A DNA stretch of 34,009 nt from a virus (IMGVR_UViG_3300048578_000327:1-34009); one strand, 5' to 3'. Shown: positions 8,401 through 17,028, numbered from the stretch's first letter. Made by a program: numbers and translations. The notes: generated from the sequence alone by a model not told the origin.

Positions 8401-10892
8401 TTGAGCTCCAGGCCCGCGATGTACTTGGGGTCGAAACTGTCGCTGCCCTGGGCCTCGGCCATCTGCTTTTGCAGCTCGGCCAGGGTGAGCTGCTCGACGG
8501 CCGTCCTGGACTTTCCCAGGGTGGCATTGGCGGCCTCTTGCGCGGCGGCGCGCTCGGTGATCGCGTCCGCATCCTTGTAGACCGCATCTATGCTGGCATG
8601 GTGGGCCTTGAGGGACTTTTCCAGCCCGTCGTTGCTGCGCAGTTGCACGCCCAGCGCGTCTGCAATGGCCTGCTTTTCCTGCAGGCGCGCGATGGTCTTG
8701 GCATCCGTCGTGCGCTTGAGAAGATCGCCGATCTTGAGGGACTCGCGCTCGCCCGCGTTCAGCTCGGACGCGCCCGCGCCCAGCGTTACAAGCTGCTCGT
8801 GGTAAAGCTTGGCGGCCTGTAACTGGCTCTCCAGGTTGGCGAGTTCGGTATCGGAGACCTTGATGCCGCCCGCGCCCTTGGCATCCTTGTATTTCTCCCG
8901 GATGGCGGCCATCCGCTTTTGCAGTTCCTCTTCCGTCGCGCCTGCGGCGGTGGCTTCGCCTCGGGCCTTGGCAAGCTCGCGCTCCATCTGCGCTTGCTTG
9001 TTGAGGAACTTCACGCCCTCCTGATCCCAGGCGGCCCGGGCCTTGCGCCTTTCGTTTTCTTTTGCAGCGGCCTCCGCATTAGCGTTTTCCGCTGCGATCT
9101 TGTCTTCCAAGGCCTTGACCTGAGCGCGTAGATCTTCGGTTTGCTTGCCTGGTTTGATGCCAAGGCTCGCGTTGCGCTCTTCCAAACGTGCGAGGTTTTC
9201 CCGGAGCTGGTCGAGGTTCTGCTGGTCCGTCGTGCCCCGGCCCAGATTGAGCATGGCGTCCCAGGCCCATGCCGCCGCGTCTTTGACACCGAGCCAGGCG
9301 GTTTCGATGTACCCCAGGTTGTTCAGGAGTTCGTCGGCGCGTGTCGTGAGCGCGTCTGCCCAGGCCTGCTGCGCCACGGCGCCGGCCGCGCTGGCGTTGC
9401 CCTGCTCGGTGAGTGCCTTGACCTGCTTGTAGACGCCATCCGTCAGGTAGTTGGTGCCCTCGTTGAGCTTGAGCGTTGCGGCGAGCGGGTCTTTGGCGAG
9501 CGCGGCGAACTGCTCGGCCGTGCTGCTGACGGCGGTGCCGGTGGCCCGCTCCCACCGGATGGAGGCCTGCGCGAACTGGCGCAGGCTGTCTGCGCCCACC
9601 TGGCCGGTATGCGCCAGCGCGGCCAGCGCCCGCGACGCCGCGCCCTGCGTGCCCACGATGGCGCTGACTTGCCGCGCCATGTCGCCCATCTGGCCCACGG
9701 TGGTTCCCGCCGCGTTGCCGGTCATGACGATGGACTGGCGGTAAGCGTCCGCCTCCCTGGAGCCCTGGGCGTATGCGGCAGTCGCCAGGGCAGCGGCGCC
9801 CGCGAGCAGGCCCAAGCCAGCGACAGCAGGCGTGATCGCGCCCAGCATGGCGCGCAGGGCGTTGCCCGCGCCGCCGAAGCTGTCCTTGATCTGGCCGCCC
9901 TGCTGGATGGCGACCATCCAGACCGGCATGCCGCTTGCCACGCTGGTGACCACGTCGGTCATCTGCGCGGGCAGCATGCGCATGGCCTGGGCGTGCTGGC
10001 CCGCAGAGATCGCGCCGTTGATGTTCGCCTTGGCACCGGCCTCCAGCGCGCGGATGTACTGCTCGGCGCCCTCGGTCACGCCAAGCTGGGCGGCGCGGTA
10101 GCGCAGGGCCTCGGTCGAGGACTTGCCCTGTAGCGCGGCCTGCTCACGCAGCCCGGCCAGGAAGTTGTCCTGCGCGGCTGTGGCCTGCTGCTTGGCGGCG
10201 GCGATAGCGCGCTGCGCCGCCTCCTCGGTGCGCGCGGCCTCGGCCGCTGCCGCCTGGGCGGTGCGCTGGCTTTGGAGCTGGGCGATCAACGGGGCGGCTT
10301 CCGCCGCCACGCCCACCTGGGCGGCGCGGTAGCGCAGCAGTTCCTCGGAGGACTTGCCCGCGATGGCGACTTGCTCGCGCAGCGCTCCCAGGAAGCTCTC
10401 CTGCGCGGCCGTGGCCTGCTGCTTGGCAGCGGCGATGGCACGCTGCGCCGCTTCCTCGGCCCGCGCGGCTTCGGCCGCTGCCGCCTGGGCCGCGCGTTGG
10501 TTCTGGAGCTGCAGGATCAGCGGCGAGGCCTCGGCCGCCACGCCCGCCTGGGCGGCGCGGTAGCGCAGCAGCTCTTCGGTGGACTTGCCCGACACCGCAA
10601 TCTGGTCGCGCAGGCCCGCGAGCAGCGCGGCCCCGGCCGTCTGGCTGGCCTGGGCGGCGGCGGCCGTTGCATTGAGCCCCTGCGCGCCTTGCTCGGCCGC
10701 GGTGCGCAGGCCCGCGCCCATGGCCGTGGCGGCGGTCTGCATGGACTGCAAGGCGCTGGACGCCGATGCGCTGCCCGACTGCACCTGGGCCGTGAAGGCA
10801 GCATGCGTTTGCCCGGCACCGGCGACTTCCGCCTTGTACTGGGCTGCATTCGCCTGCAGCGTGACGCCGACCTTGTATTCCTTGGTGCTCAT
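5454..10892 (-). CDS. Tail tape measure protein (1812 aa)
   Basis: Ala-rich coiled coil; lambda-H-type LPAQMTDVVTSVASG...QQGGQIKDSFG; C-terminal FARGG...VGEEGPE. Confidence 0.95.
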   Translation of the reverse strand: MSTKEYKVGVTLQANAAQYKAEVAGAGQTHAAFTAQVQSGSASASSALQSMQTAATAMGAGLRTAAEQGAQGLNATAAAAQASQTAGAALLAGLRDQIAVSGKSTEELLRYRAAQAGVAAEASPLILQLQNQRAAQAAAAEAARAEEAAQRAIAAAKQQATAAQESFLGALREQVAIAGKSSEELLRYRAAQVGVAAEAAPLIAQLQSQRTAQAAAAEAARTEEAAQRAIAAAKQQATAAQDNFLAGLREQAALQGKSSTEALRYRAAQLGVTEGAEQYIRALEAGAKANINGAISAGQHAQAMRMLPAQMTDVVTSVASGMPVWMVAIQQGGQIKDSFGGAGNALRAMLGAITPAVAGLGLLAGAAALATAAYAQGSREADAYRQSIVMTGNAAGTTVGQMGDMARQVSAIVGTQGAASRALAALAHTGQVGADSLRQFAQASIRWERATGTAVSSTAEQFAALAKDPLAATLKLNEGTNYLTDGVYKQVKALTEQGNASAAGAVAQQAWADALTTRADELLNNLGYIETAWLGVKDAAAWAWDAMLNLGRGTTDQQNLDQLRENLARLEERNASLGIKPGKQTEDLRAQVKALEDKIAAENANAEAAAKENERRKARAAWDQEGVKFLNKQAQMERELAKARGEATAAGATEEELQKRMAAIREKYKDAKGAGGIKVSDTELANLESQLQAAKLYHEQLVTLGAGASELNAGERESLKIGDLLKRTTDAKTIARLQEKQAIADALGVQLRSNDGLEKSLKAHHASIDAVYKDADAITERAAAQEAANATLGKSRTAVEQLTLAELQKQMAEAQGSDSFDPKYIAGLELKIAAQQRYVTALGQADYKAAEKHVDELLRGAQELAAAYEDELQLSGLTALEREKITAQRAVELKYAKELADIDKSALTDTEKQALREKTLRAQRIESAAAVAKAEQQYMARASDEINRSLTDALMRGFEDGKGMAENLADATVNLFKTMVLRPTISAIMTPVSLVINGVIQQGLNAVGLGSGGNLLGLASNASSLYNLGSKAMGWLGLGGGAGSLYSLGTGASGLGLTAGGGLGLSAGGGGLGLTAGAGAGAGAGAGASGLAAIPGWGWALAGLATVAALVGKFDKSGTPHWGAAAEYDGTTLTGGNDVFVRSGTAGRYTQGAQAGVDAVARAVGDTLNGLGKALGKGGTFGVMTAYSDDSSDDPGFGSLRISRDGQKLLDWEDGRTSKWAPKIFADGEDGWKMYLSAIAKDTRQVLLDMDLPSWANTLLEGIGDAASMEDLSAVVAQIGLIAQAFEDLGRKITGFAGLTDTAFERILTASGGIEALGQNAASFYEGFYSETERRDIAKREINDRLAALGVSVDLDASNARELYRKIVEDMLAAANGDDAAAQAAAELLALSEAIKSVTAASTDSAEAVTRAAKAEADARRSATDAALQALERAVAAERDAIQARVDAAQERVNQERAIVDLTRDQVRDLRGTVDATAAMAAARAQRFIGDAITAASTTGYLPDQAELSRAIDAVRGGMGESAYASRLEWEEAQLKLALQLETLGTAAGDQLSVDEQTLETAQEQLRYLDDLLVASRAEIDAVRGTTEAVLGVTTAVDALRAAILKEKEDGEGKGGEGDSGGSGGGKFAIGGSGPGDGGGGGYVPETEAEKILRHFKGFDPGSTDDLLKAYNMSLFYDWSIEDIADAYGVGADDMRKLFEDHGIPAFARGGSHLGGVRLVGEEGPELEVTGASRIYSAGQTRDMLSQIAGGGLSTEMARAMGRLALAVESQGTRLGDIGQHTRDTADVLLRVTRGAQAMQIASSASALELRV
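10087..10620 (-). repeat. 231-bp (77-aa) tandem repeat, about 2.3 copies, in the tape measure N-terminus
   Basis: TGGGCGGCGCGGTAGCGCAG recurs at 10087, 10318 and 10549; peptide LREQ...GKS.EELLRYRAAQ occurs three times. Confidence 0.9.
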
Positions 10893-10904
10893 GGGCGAGT
10901 GGAT

Positions 10905-11316
10905 CTAGTCCCGTTGGTTGCGAAACCCCTTGGCCTCGCTCTCCAGAATGCGCACCTGCATGAGCACGGCGCGCTGCTTCGATTTCTTGATGCCCAGCAT
11001 CTGCATGGTGCTGGCGAGGCTGGTGCTGTCGATGCCGTCGTAGTACATGGCTGCGAACCCGACGATCACGCGCCACTGGCTCCAGCAGCACAGAAAGCAC
11101 TCCCACGCGGGCCACAGCGCGGGGGATAGCTCGTAGTCGCCCTGGTCGGGCTCGGGCCCTTGCGCGCCGTCGTCGGCCGCAGCACGCGCCTGGTCGGGAT
11201 CGACGCCGAGGCGGGCCCACTGGGCGCGCAGCTCGGCGTCTTCATCCTCGGCGGCGCTTTGCTGCGCATACCGGGCTCCTAGGAACCAGTGCCGGACGGC
11301 GCCTCGGAGTTTTTTT
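10905..11316 (-). CDS. Tail assembly chaperone, frameshifted C-terminal part (gpT/DUF1799-like)
   Basis: WECFLCCWSQWRV...GIDS...MQVRILESEA; no good start of its own; lies in the -1 frame of the upstream chaperone. Confidence 0.8.
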
Positions 11317-11770
11317 CCTGTTCCTTCGGGTTCGCGGCGGCCTTCTGGGCGTCGGTGTAGCCGCGCACCAGGGCGGCTTCGAAGCCGTCCCAGTCTTCGC
11401 ACACTTCGGCCTTGGCTGCGGCCGTGAAATGGATCACCTCGCCGCCTTTGTCCTTCAAGTCCCAGTCCACCAGCACTTCGGCCAGGAATTCCGCGTCGCT
11501 GATGGGCACGGCCGCGAGGTCGGCTTCGACGTCGGCGCGCTCGCGCTCGGTGAAGCCGCTTGCCGGGTCGTCCAGCTTGGCACGGATGGCGGCGCGCACG
11601 TCGGGCAGCAGGCGGTTGGCGCGAATGCGCCGGTCAAGCGCCTTGCGCTCGGTTGTCTTGAGGCGCTTGTAGCGGCCGCGGAACCTGATGACTTCGGGCT
11701 TGCCGTCGTCGCCAGCGAGCTGGAGGGTGACGGGCGCCCAGAAGGCGACGGATGCGAGGACTACGGTCAT
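11279..11770 (-). CDS. Tail assembly chaperone (lambda gpG analogue, 163 aa)
   Basis: AGGAG SD before MTVVLASVAFWAP; LVDWDLKD motif; ends EKN at the slippery site. Confidence 0.85.
   Translation of the reverse strand: MTVVLASVAFWAPVTLQLAGDDGKPEVIRFRGRYKRLKTTERKALDRRIRANRLLPDVRAAIRAKLDDPASGFTERERADVEADLAAVPISDAEFLAEVLVDWDLKDKGGEVIHFTAAAKAEVCEDWDGFEAALVRGYTDAQKAAANPKEQEKNSEAPSGTGS
11309..11318 (-). other. Programmed -1 ribosomal frameshift site
   Basis: G-GAA-AAA-AAC contains the A-AAA-AAC heptamer; a -1 shift enters the KLRGAVRHWF frame. Confidence 0.85.
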
Positions 11771-11826
11771 GATGGCTCCTGGAATAAAAAGCGGAATAAA
11801 AAGGCGTTGAGGGTGTGGCGCAGGCG

Positions 11827-12771
11827 TCAGGCCGCGATGGACCATTCGTCGTTGCCGGCGTCGCTGGGGATGAAGCGCAGGGGGGTGGTGATCATCTGGA
11901 TGCCGTCTTGTTCGCTGAACGAGGGCTTGCCGATCTGCACGTGCGGCCCCTGGATTGCCACCGTGTTGGTGGCTTCCTGGCCGTGGCGCAGCAGCAGCGG
12001 CACCTTGGCGCTTGCGCGGGCCATCTCGATCCAGTTCTTGGTGGCGACCGAGGTGTTGCGGAACGTGACGCTGCCGGTGGACACGCGGCCGGTGATTTCG
12101 GTGGTGTCCACGTTCATCAAGTCCTGCTTGACGACCTGGTTCCCGAAATCGAATGCGAAGCTGCTGCAGGCGGCGTTGAAGCCGTCCAGCACCAGCGTGG
12201 TGTTGAGCTTGTTGACGCCCAGGGGCCGCAGGAACTTGGCGTAGCTGACGGCGGGCATGGTGGGCACGTCTTCGACGGGCGTGAAAGAGCCGGTGAACTC
12301 GTATTGCCACTTGGGGATTTGCTTGGCGTCCACCATGGCTTTGACGTTGGCCCGCGCGCCGGCCATCTTGTAGAGCAGCTTGTCCACCACGGCGTAGATG
12401 GTCACGCTCTCGATGCCGTCGGTGACGGGGGCGAACACGGTGCCTGCGGCCGGATCGGGCGCGGCGGTGTTCGTCACGCTGGCGGCGCAGGCGCGCATCA
12501 GCGTCGTCCAGCCGGGCAAGTCGCCCACCGCGCCGACGCCGGCAAAGCCCACGCTGAAAGCGATCTTGCGGTACAGCGTGACCAGGGTGGTTTCCGAGGC
12601 GCCGAAGTACGGGCGGATCACGCCTTGATCGACTTCATCGCCCTCGATGGGGGTGAGCGTGACGTCGGAGACTTCGATGGCATCGGTCGCCACGGGCACG
12701 ACGATGGAGCCGACGACGGTCTCGATGGCGACCAGGACGGCCAGTTTCTTGATGAACTTGGGGGCGCTCAT
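11827..12771 (-). CDS. Major tail tube protein (314 aa)
   Basis: AAGGAG SD before MSAPKFIKKLAVLVAIE; VIRPYFGASE motif; precedes chaperones and tape measure. Confidence 0.88.
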   Translation of the reverse strand: MSAPKFIKKLAVLVAIETVVGSIVVPVATDAIEVSDVTLTPIEGDEVDQGVIRPYFGASETTLVTLYRKIAFSVGFAGVGAVGDLPGWTTLMRACAASVTNTAAPDPAAGTVFAPVTDGIESVTIYAVVDKLLYKMAGARANVKAMVDAKQIPKWQYEFTGSFTPVEDVPTMPAVSYAKFLRPLGVNKLNTTLVLDGFNAACSSFAFDFGNQVVKQDLMNVDTTEITGRVSTGSVTFRNTSVATKNWIEMARASAKVPLLLRHGQEATNTVAIQGPHVQIGKPSFSEQDGIQMITTPLRFIPSDAGNDEWSIAA

Positions 12772-13013
12772 TGCGGCTCCTTCGCAGTTGCAGGGGTTGC
12801 GGTGGGTGCAGGAACAGGCACGCGGCGGCCGTTCTTCATCGTGAAGAGGCCGCCCCGGCCGTGGTACGCATCGCGCGGGGGCGCGGCGGGCGGCGTGGCA
12901 GGAACCAGGGCAGCAGCTGCGCTGCCGGTGGCGCTGTCGGTGGCGGTATCGGGCGCCTGCGCGGGCGCTTCCTGGGCCGTGGGGTTGCTTGCTTTGGCAT
13001 GGGGTCTGCTCAC
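12768..13013 (-). CDS. Small hypothetical virion-region protein (81 aa)
   Basis: GTG start overlapping the upstream TGA, AGGAG SD; DAYHGRGGLF..KNGRRVP core. Confidence 0.65.
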   Translation of the reverse strand: MSRPHAKASNPTAQEAPAQAPDTATDSATGSAAAALVPATPPAAPPRDAYHGRGGLFTMKNGRRVPVPAPTATPATAKEPQ

Positions 13014-13441
13014 GGGTTGCTCCTGTAGAAAGTCTTGAAACTGAACTGGTCGATCCACCAGAGGCGGCCATCGCCGTCGAAGCGCAGCAGGCGGCCGCGC
13101 GTTTTCTTGATGGGCTCGCCCGTGTCTTCGTCCGGTGCCCAGCCAGCGAGCGCTTCGCGCACCTGGCGGCGCACGGGCACGAGGCTGGACAGCGCGGCTT
13201 CGCCGCGTGGGTCGCGCACGTTGGAGACAACCTGCACGACGCCAAACTCCCAAACGTCCGATTCGTCATAGCTGCCGGTGTGGGCCAGTTCGGCGCTGTC
13301 GTCGGACAACGGGATGACGTAGACGGCCGGTACAACGACGACCGCCGCCGACAGCACCGCGTCCATGTCGGCCGCGCCACCGATGCCGCGCAGGCCGGCA
13401 GTCCGGTCCCGCAGGCGTTCGATCACGAAATCCAGCTCCAT
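13010..13441 (-). CDS. Tail terminator/completion protein (Mu gp37-like)
   Basis: MELDFVIERLR...PAVYVIPLSD...ALAGWAPD...LWWIDQF; position. Confidence 0.8.
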   Translation of the reverse strand: MELDFVIERLRDRTAGLRGIGGAADMDAVLSAAVVVVPAVYVIPLSDDSAELAHTGSYDESDVWEFGVVQVVSNVRDPRGEAALSSLVPVRRQVREALAGWAPDEDTGEPIKKTRGRLLRFDGDGRLWWIDQFSFKTFYRSNP

Positions 13442-13449
13442 GGCGTGCC

Positions 13450-13935
13450 TCAGAAACCGCGCAAGCTGTCGTCGGTCATCGCGCGCGGCGCGAAGCCGTA
13501 CAGCACGGCGGCGCTTTCGCTGCCATCCGCGCGCAGCAGCTCGCCCGCGCTGCCGCCCCATGGGCAGGACAGTTGCGCCTTGCCCTCGGCGATGGCCTGC
13601 AGCTCGGCCATGGCCGCCTTGTAGCGGCGGTAGACGTCCGAGTCCTCGGAGACGCCATCGCGCAGCCAAAAGCGCGCCAGGTCGCACGCGATGCGCACCA
13701 ACTGCGGCGGCACCACGCGCTCAGGCTGGCTGCCTGGCGCCGTGACCGGCTTGGCGCAGCCCTGCAGCGGCAGGCGGTAGATCTGGCCGATGCGGCCATC
13801 AATGGCGGCCTGGGCATCGTCCAGCTTCGTCTCGACACGGGCGGCGTTGACGGCGCCCGTGTCGGGGTCGGTGAGCTGGGCCAGCTCGGCTTCGCTGAAG
13901 CGCGCGAGCATGTCGGCGACGGTGGCGTAGCGCAT
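13450..13935 (-). CDS. Head-tail adaptor, Mu gp36/DUF1320 family
   Basis: MRYATVADMLARF..EL.QLTD...IACDLARFWL...RYKAAMAEL. Confidence 0.9.
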   Translation of the reverse strand: MRYATVADMLARFSEAELAQLTDPDTGAVNAARVETKLDDAQAAIDGRIGQIYRLPLQGCAKPVTAPGSQPERVVPPQLVRIACDLARFWLRDGVSEDSDVYRRYKAAMAELQAIAEGKAQLSCPWGGSAGELLRADGSESAAVLYGFAPRAMTDDSLRGF

Positions 13936-13945
13936 GGCAGGTGCC

Positions 13946-14320
13946 TCAGGCGTGGACGTGCTTGTAGGTCTGCACTTCGATGAGCTGGCCGCCCTGGGTG
14001 GCGGCGCCCAGCGCGCGGCCGCAGTGGTCGGCCGCGCTGCCCGTGATGGCCTTGCCATCGGTGCCAGGCTTGACCAGGGCGCCGAAGGCGATGGCGGCCT
14101 CGGCCTCGACCAGGTAGCTGTAGCCGGTGACCACGCTCACGGCGTCGCCGGGCTCGGCGGCTGTCTCGTAGATGCCCTGGCAGTCCTTGGCACCGCCTGC
14201 GGCCGAGGGATAGCCGCCGTCATAGGCGGCAAAGCGATGGGCCGCCACGGCGGCGGTAGCCACGACAGTGACCGCGTGCTGCTTGTCGAACTGGCGGCCG
14301 GCGTTGTTTTGCGATGGCAT
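13946..14320 (-). CDS. Capsid decoration/cement protein (DUF2190-like)
   Basis: VEAEAAIAFGALV...GKAI...GRALGAATQGGQLIEV; downstream of capsid. Confidence 0.75.
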   Translation of the reverse strand: MPSQNNAGRQFDKQHAVTVVATAAVAAHRFAAYDGGYPSAAGGAKDCQGIYETAAEPGDAVSVVTGYSYLVEAEAAIAFGALVKPGTDGKAITGSAADHCGRALGAATQGGQLIEVQTYKHVHA

Positions 14321-14347
14321 GTTTCAGCTCCTGCTGGGGGTTGGTGG

Positions 14348-14770
14348 TCAGGCGCGCTTGCGGGTGGCTGCGCTTTTGGCTTCGGCGGGGGCGGCGGCCG
14401 GGCTGGCCTCCGGAGCGCTGGCCTGCTCGATGGCCGGGGCAGCGACCGGGGCAGCGACCGGGGCAGCGGGGCCGGGGGCCTCCTGCGCTTGCAGGCCTGC
14501 GCCGGCTTCCTCGCCCGGGGCGAGCGAGGCGGCTTCGGCGGCAACCCGTATACGGGCCGCGTCGAACACGACGCGGGCGGCCGCTTCTTTCTTGGCGCTC
14601 CACGCTTCCTGGGCAATCACGTCGTCCAGATCCTGGATAGCCCCCGCGTCGAGCAGGTCGGCTTCGTCGTGGGGGGGCAGCGCGGGAACGGGTTCCCCGG
14701 GCTGGATGGTCTTGCGCTTGCCGTCTTCAAAGACGGCAATTGCAATCAGTGCAATCAAGTTCTTCTGCAT
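14348..14770 (-). CDS. Hypothetical head-region protein (140 aa, low-complexity tail)
   Basis: GGAGA SD; IQPGE..P.LPPH....LLDAGAI core. Confidence 0.7.
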   Translation of the reverse strand: MQKNLIALIAIAVFEDGKRKTIQPGEPVPALPPHDEADLLDAGAIQDLDDVIAQEAWSAKKEAAARVVFDAARIRVAAEAASLAPGEEAGAGLQAQEAPGPAAPVAAPVAAPAIEQASAPEASPAAAPAEAKSAATRKRA

Positions 14771-14866
14771 GCGGGTTCTCCGGTCTACCTGCGGCCCGGC
14801 GGCGCGGCGGCCGCCGGGGGTTCTCGCTCGACATCGAGGCGGGGCCCGCAGGCCCCAGGCGGTGGG

Positions 14867-15832
14867 TTATTTCGGGTTGGCGAAGAGGAAAGCGGCGGTG
14901 TTGTAGGCCACGTTCGGGCGGCGCTCGAAGGTGGCCCCGTAGACCCAGCTCTTGAGGCCGTTGTCGTAGTACGGCGTTTCGGCGAAGGGGTGGCCCTCCA
15001 GCACATTGGTGAAGCCGAAGCCGGGCTCGGCCAGGCTGATGTCTGCGCTGCCGGTGCCGCCGATCTTGGGCACGTAGGCCAGGACGGCGTTGTTGCCCCA
15101 CACGTCGCGGCCGGTGTCGGTCTCGTCGATCCACACGGCATCGCCGACGACGATTTCCTCCACGCGCAGGATGGTCTTGAGCTGTTCGTGGGTCGCGGGG
15201 CCCATCTGCGAGGACGGCAGATACGAGCGCACCTCGGCATTGGTGACCAGGGCGCTCTCGGCGTCGGCAGACAGCGTGAGCTTGTTGGGCCGCTTGCCGA
15301 TCTTCTTGCGGATGACATCGCTCGCGGCACGGATGTCGGTCACCGGCGTTCCGGTCGAAGCGCTCCACTTCGTGGGGCCCGCCAGGGCCAGCGCGTGGCC
15401 TGCGGCATAGTTGCCCGCCGTGGTCGCCAGCGTGGCCACCTCGATTTCGTAATCCAGCCCCAGCACGTCATTGGCCGTGGCCATGGCGATGCGGCTGATG
15501 TCCAGGTAGTTGCCCACGTTCAGCTTGCGGCTCTCGTCGGCCTCGCGCAGCAGCTCGCGCGGCAGTGGCACCTCCACCGAATACTGGTCCACGGCGTAGG
15601 TGTTGCCGTCGTACTTGATGTTGATGCGCTTGGTCGGCGCGCCTGGCGCGCGGCGCAGGTTGTAGCGGCGCAGGCGCTCATCGCCCAGCTTCGCCAGCGT
15701 CACGCTGGAGAGCGCTTGGGGCAGGCGCGGAAACAGGCGCTCGGCGATCATGGTGCCCTGGCCCAAGCCCAGCAGCAGGTTGGTCAGGATGGGGTTTTGC
15801 TTGAGCCGGATCTCGGCGGCGGTCATCGTCAT
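14867..15832 (-). CDS. Major capsid protein (321 aa)
   Basis: PILTNLLLG...IAERLFP, GKRPNKLTLS, PGFGFTNVLEG; follows protease/scaffold. Confidence 0.9.
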   Translation of the reverse strand: MTMTAAEIRLKQNPILTNLLLGLGQGTMIAERLFPRLPQALSSVTLAKLGDERLRRYNLRRAPGAPTKRINIKYDGNTYAVDQYSVEVPLPRELLREADESRKLNVGNYLDISRIAMATANDVLGLDYEIEVATLATTAGNYAAGHALALAGPTKWSASTGTPVTDIRAASDVIRKKIGKRPNKLTLSADAESALVTNAEVRSYLPSSQMGPATHEQLKTILRVEEIVVGDAVWIDETDTGRDVWGNNAVLAYVPKIGGTGSADISLAEPGFGFTNVLEGHPFAETPYYDNGLKSWVYGATFERRPNVAYNTAAFLFANPK

Positions 15833-15859
15833 GGTGCGTCCTTGAGGGATGGATGGGGG

Positions 15860-16378
15860 TCAGCTCGTGAACGTGGTGACCGCCGTGAGGGCGTCGGCGT
15901 AGCTCACCTTGTTCTGGCGGGCGTAGTCCTGGGCGGCCTTGTCGATCTCGGCGTCGCTCTTGCCCTTGGCGCCCGTGACAGTCCGCATGGCCTGGCCGCC
16001 GAACTCGCCGAAGCTGACAACCTGCGGGCCGCTGGAGATCAGGTTCTGCAGCCACTGCGCGGGGCTGACCTTGGTGGTGGTGTCGCCTTCGGAGAACTCG
16101 ACCGGCTGCGCGTCCGCCAGCACTTCGAGCGCGGCGACGCACATGGCCTGGTTCTTGGGCAGCAAGTGCCCGGCCTGCACCTGGGCCTCTGCGAACGACA
16201 CGAAGCCCGCCTTGCGGTCGGCGCGGGCGGCCTCCGCGAACGAGGCGGCCTTCTGGTCGGCGGCCTCGGCGTTCTTCTTGGCCTGGGCCGCTTCGGCTTC
16301 GGCCCGGGCCTTGGCTTCGTTTGCGGCGGCCAGGTCGGCCTCGGCCTTCGCCAGTTTGTCTTGCAATTCCTTGTCCAT
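15860..16378 (-). CDS. Nested in-frame scaffolding protein (Mu Z analogue, 172 aa)
   Basis: AGGAG (16392-16388) 9 nt before the in-frame ATG of MDKELQDK, at the start of the coiled-coil region. Confidence 0.6.
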   Translation of the reverse strand: MDKELQDKLAKAEADLAAANEAKARAEAEAAQAKKNAEAADQKAASFAEAARADRKAGFVSFAEAQVQAGHLLPKNQAMCVAALEVLADAQPVEFSEGDTTTKVSPAQWLQNLISSGPQVVSFGEFGGQAMRTVTGAKGKSDAEIDKAAQDYARQNKVSYADALTAVTTFTS

Positions 16379-16891
16379 GTCGTCGGGCTCCTGTGGTGAC
16401 GGTTGGGCGGTTACGGGTTCAGAAAACGAGACGGCGCCGCCCGCGTCGTCTTCGGAGAACTGGATGTCCTTGAGGCCGGCCACGGCCGGGGGCTGCGCGC
16501 CGAGGAAGGCGACATGGCGCAGATACCAATGGCCCGGCGTCGGGTTGTTGGGGGCGTGGGGCGGGTAGAACGAGCTGCTGCGCTTCTTGAAGCGGCCGGC
16601 CGCCACCATCTCGGCAAAGTTGGCTTCGACCTGGTGGGGGTTGGCGACCAGGCGGCCATCGGCCGAGACGCCCACGGACTTGACCCAGCCATAGGCGGGC
16701 AGGTTGTGCTCGGGGTGGCCCACGGTGAGCGGCGCTTCGCGCACGGCGGGGTCGTAGCGCTTGGCGATGCCCTCGATGTCCGCCGCCGTGAAGACGTGGA
16801 CATTGCCCGCATCGTCGATCAGGCGGCCGGGCCGGAAGATCTCGATGCCGTCGGGCAGCGTGGGAGAAGCGGGTGTGGCGGCTTGAGGCAT
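15860..16891 (-). CDS. Prohead protease with C-terminal scaffold (Mu I/Z analogue)
   Basis: IEIFRPG, APLTVGHP, PAYGWV, YLRHVAFLGAQPPAVAGL; coiled-coil C-terminal half. Confidence 0.92.
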   Translation of the reverse strand: MPQAATPASPTLPDGIEIFRPGRLIDDAGNVHVFTAADIEGIAKRYDPAVREAPLTVGHPEHNLPAYGWVKSVGVSADGRLVANPHQVEANFAEMVAAGRFKKRSSSFYPPHAPNNPTPGHWYLRHVAFLGAQPPAVAGLKDIQFSEDDAGGAVSFSEPVTAQPSPQEPDDMDKELQDKLAKAEADLAAANEAKARAEAEAAQAKKNAEAADQKAASFAEAARADRKAGFVSFAEAQVQAGHLLPKNQAMCVAALEVLADAQPVEFSEGDTTTKVSPAQWLQNLISSGPQVVSFGEFGGQAMRTVTGAKGKSDAEIDKAAQDYARQNKVSYADALTAVTTFTS

Positions 16892-16897
16892 GCCGCC

Positions 16898-16943
16898 AGT
16901 GTTCCGGGGCGGTGCCGCGAAGTATTGGGAACTAGGACACTAT
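16898..16943 (-). promoter_or_regulatory. Late promoter for the head operon (activator box plus -10)
   Basis: ATAGTGTCCTAGTTCCCAATAC-N18-AACACT; identical box at 24921-24942. Confidence 0.8.
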
Positions 16944-17028
16944 TTGCCGGGCTGGCCGGGCATGCGCGCCGTGTGGCTGCTGCCGGCCTACCTGCCGCGC
17001 TCGCTTCGGCGCGAACCCCTGCGGGAAG

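Noticed and set aside
11781-11803. Direct repeat GGAATAAAAAG x2 as a terminator or operator
   Set aside because: No preceding stem; more simply a U-rich translational enhancer ahead of the chaperone SD
11827-13380. Long N-terminal extensions in the ORF track (11827-13380, 11279-12310, 2274-3065, 17731-19164, 25779-26243, 26771-27595)
   Set aside because: They overlap other genes; downstream starts with SD sequences or stop/start coupling fit better
13934-16399. 821-aa + strand ORF (likewise 20505-22994 +, 7158-8822 + and 28614-30740 -)
   Set aside because: Antisense shadows of recognisable genes, expected in high-GC DNA with biased codon use; no motifs
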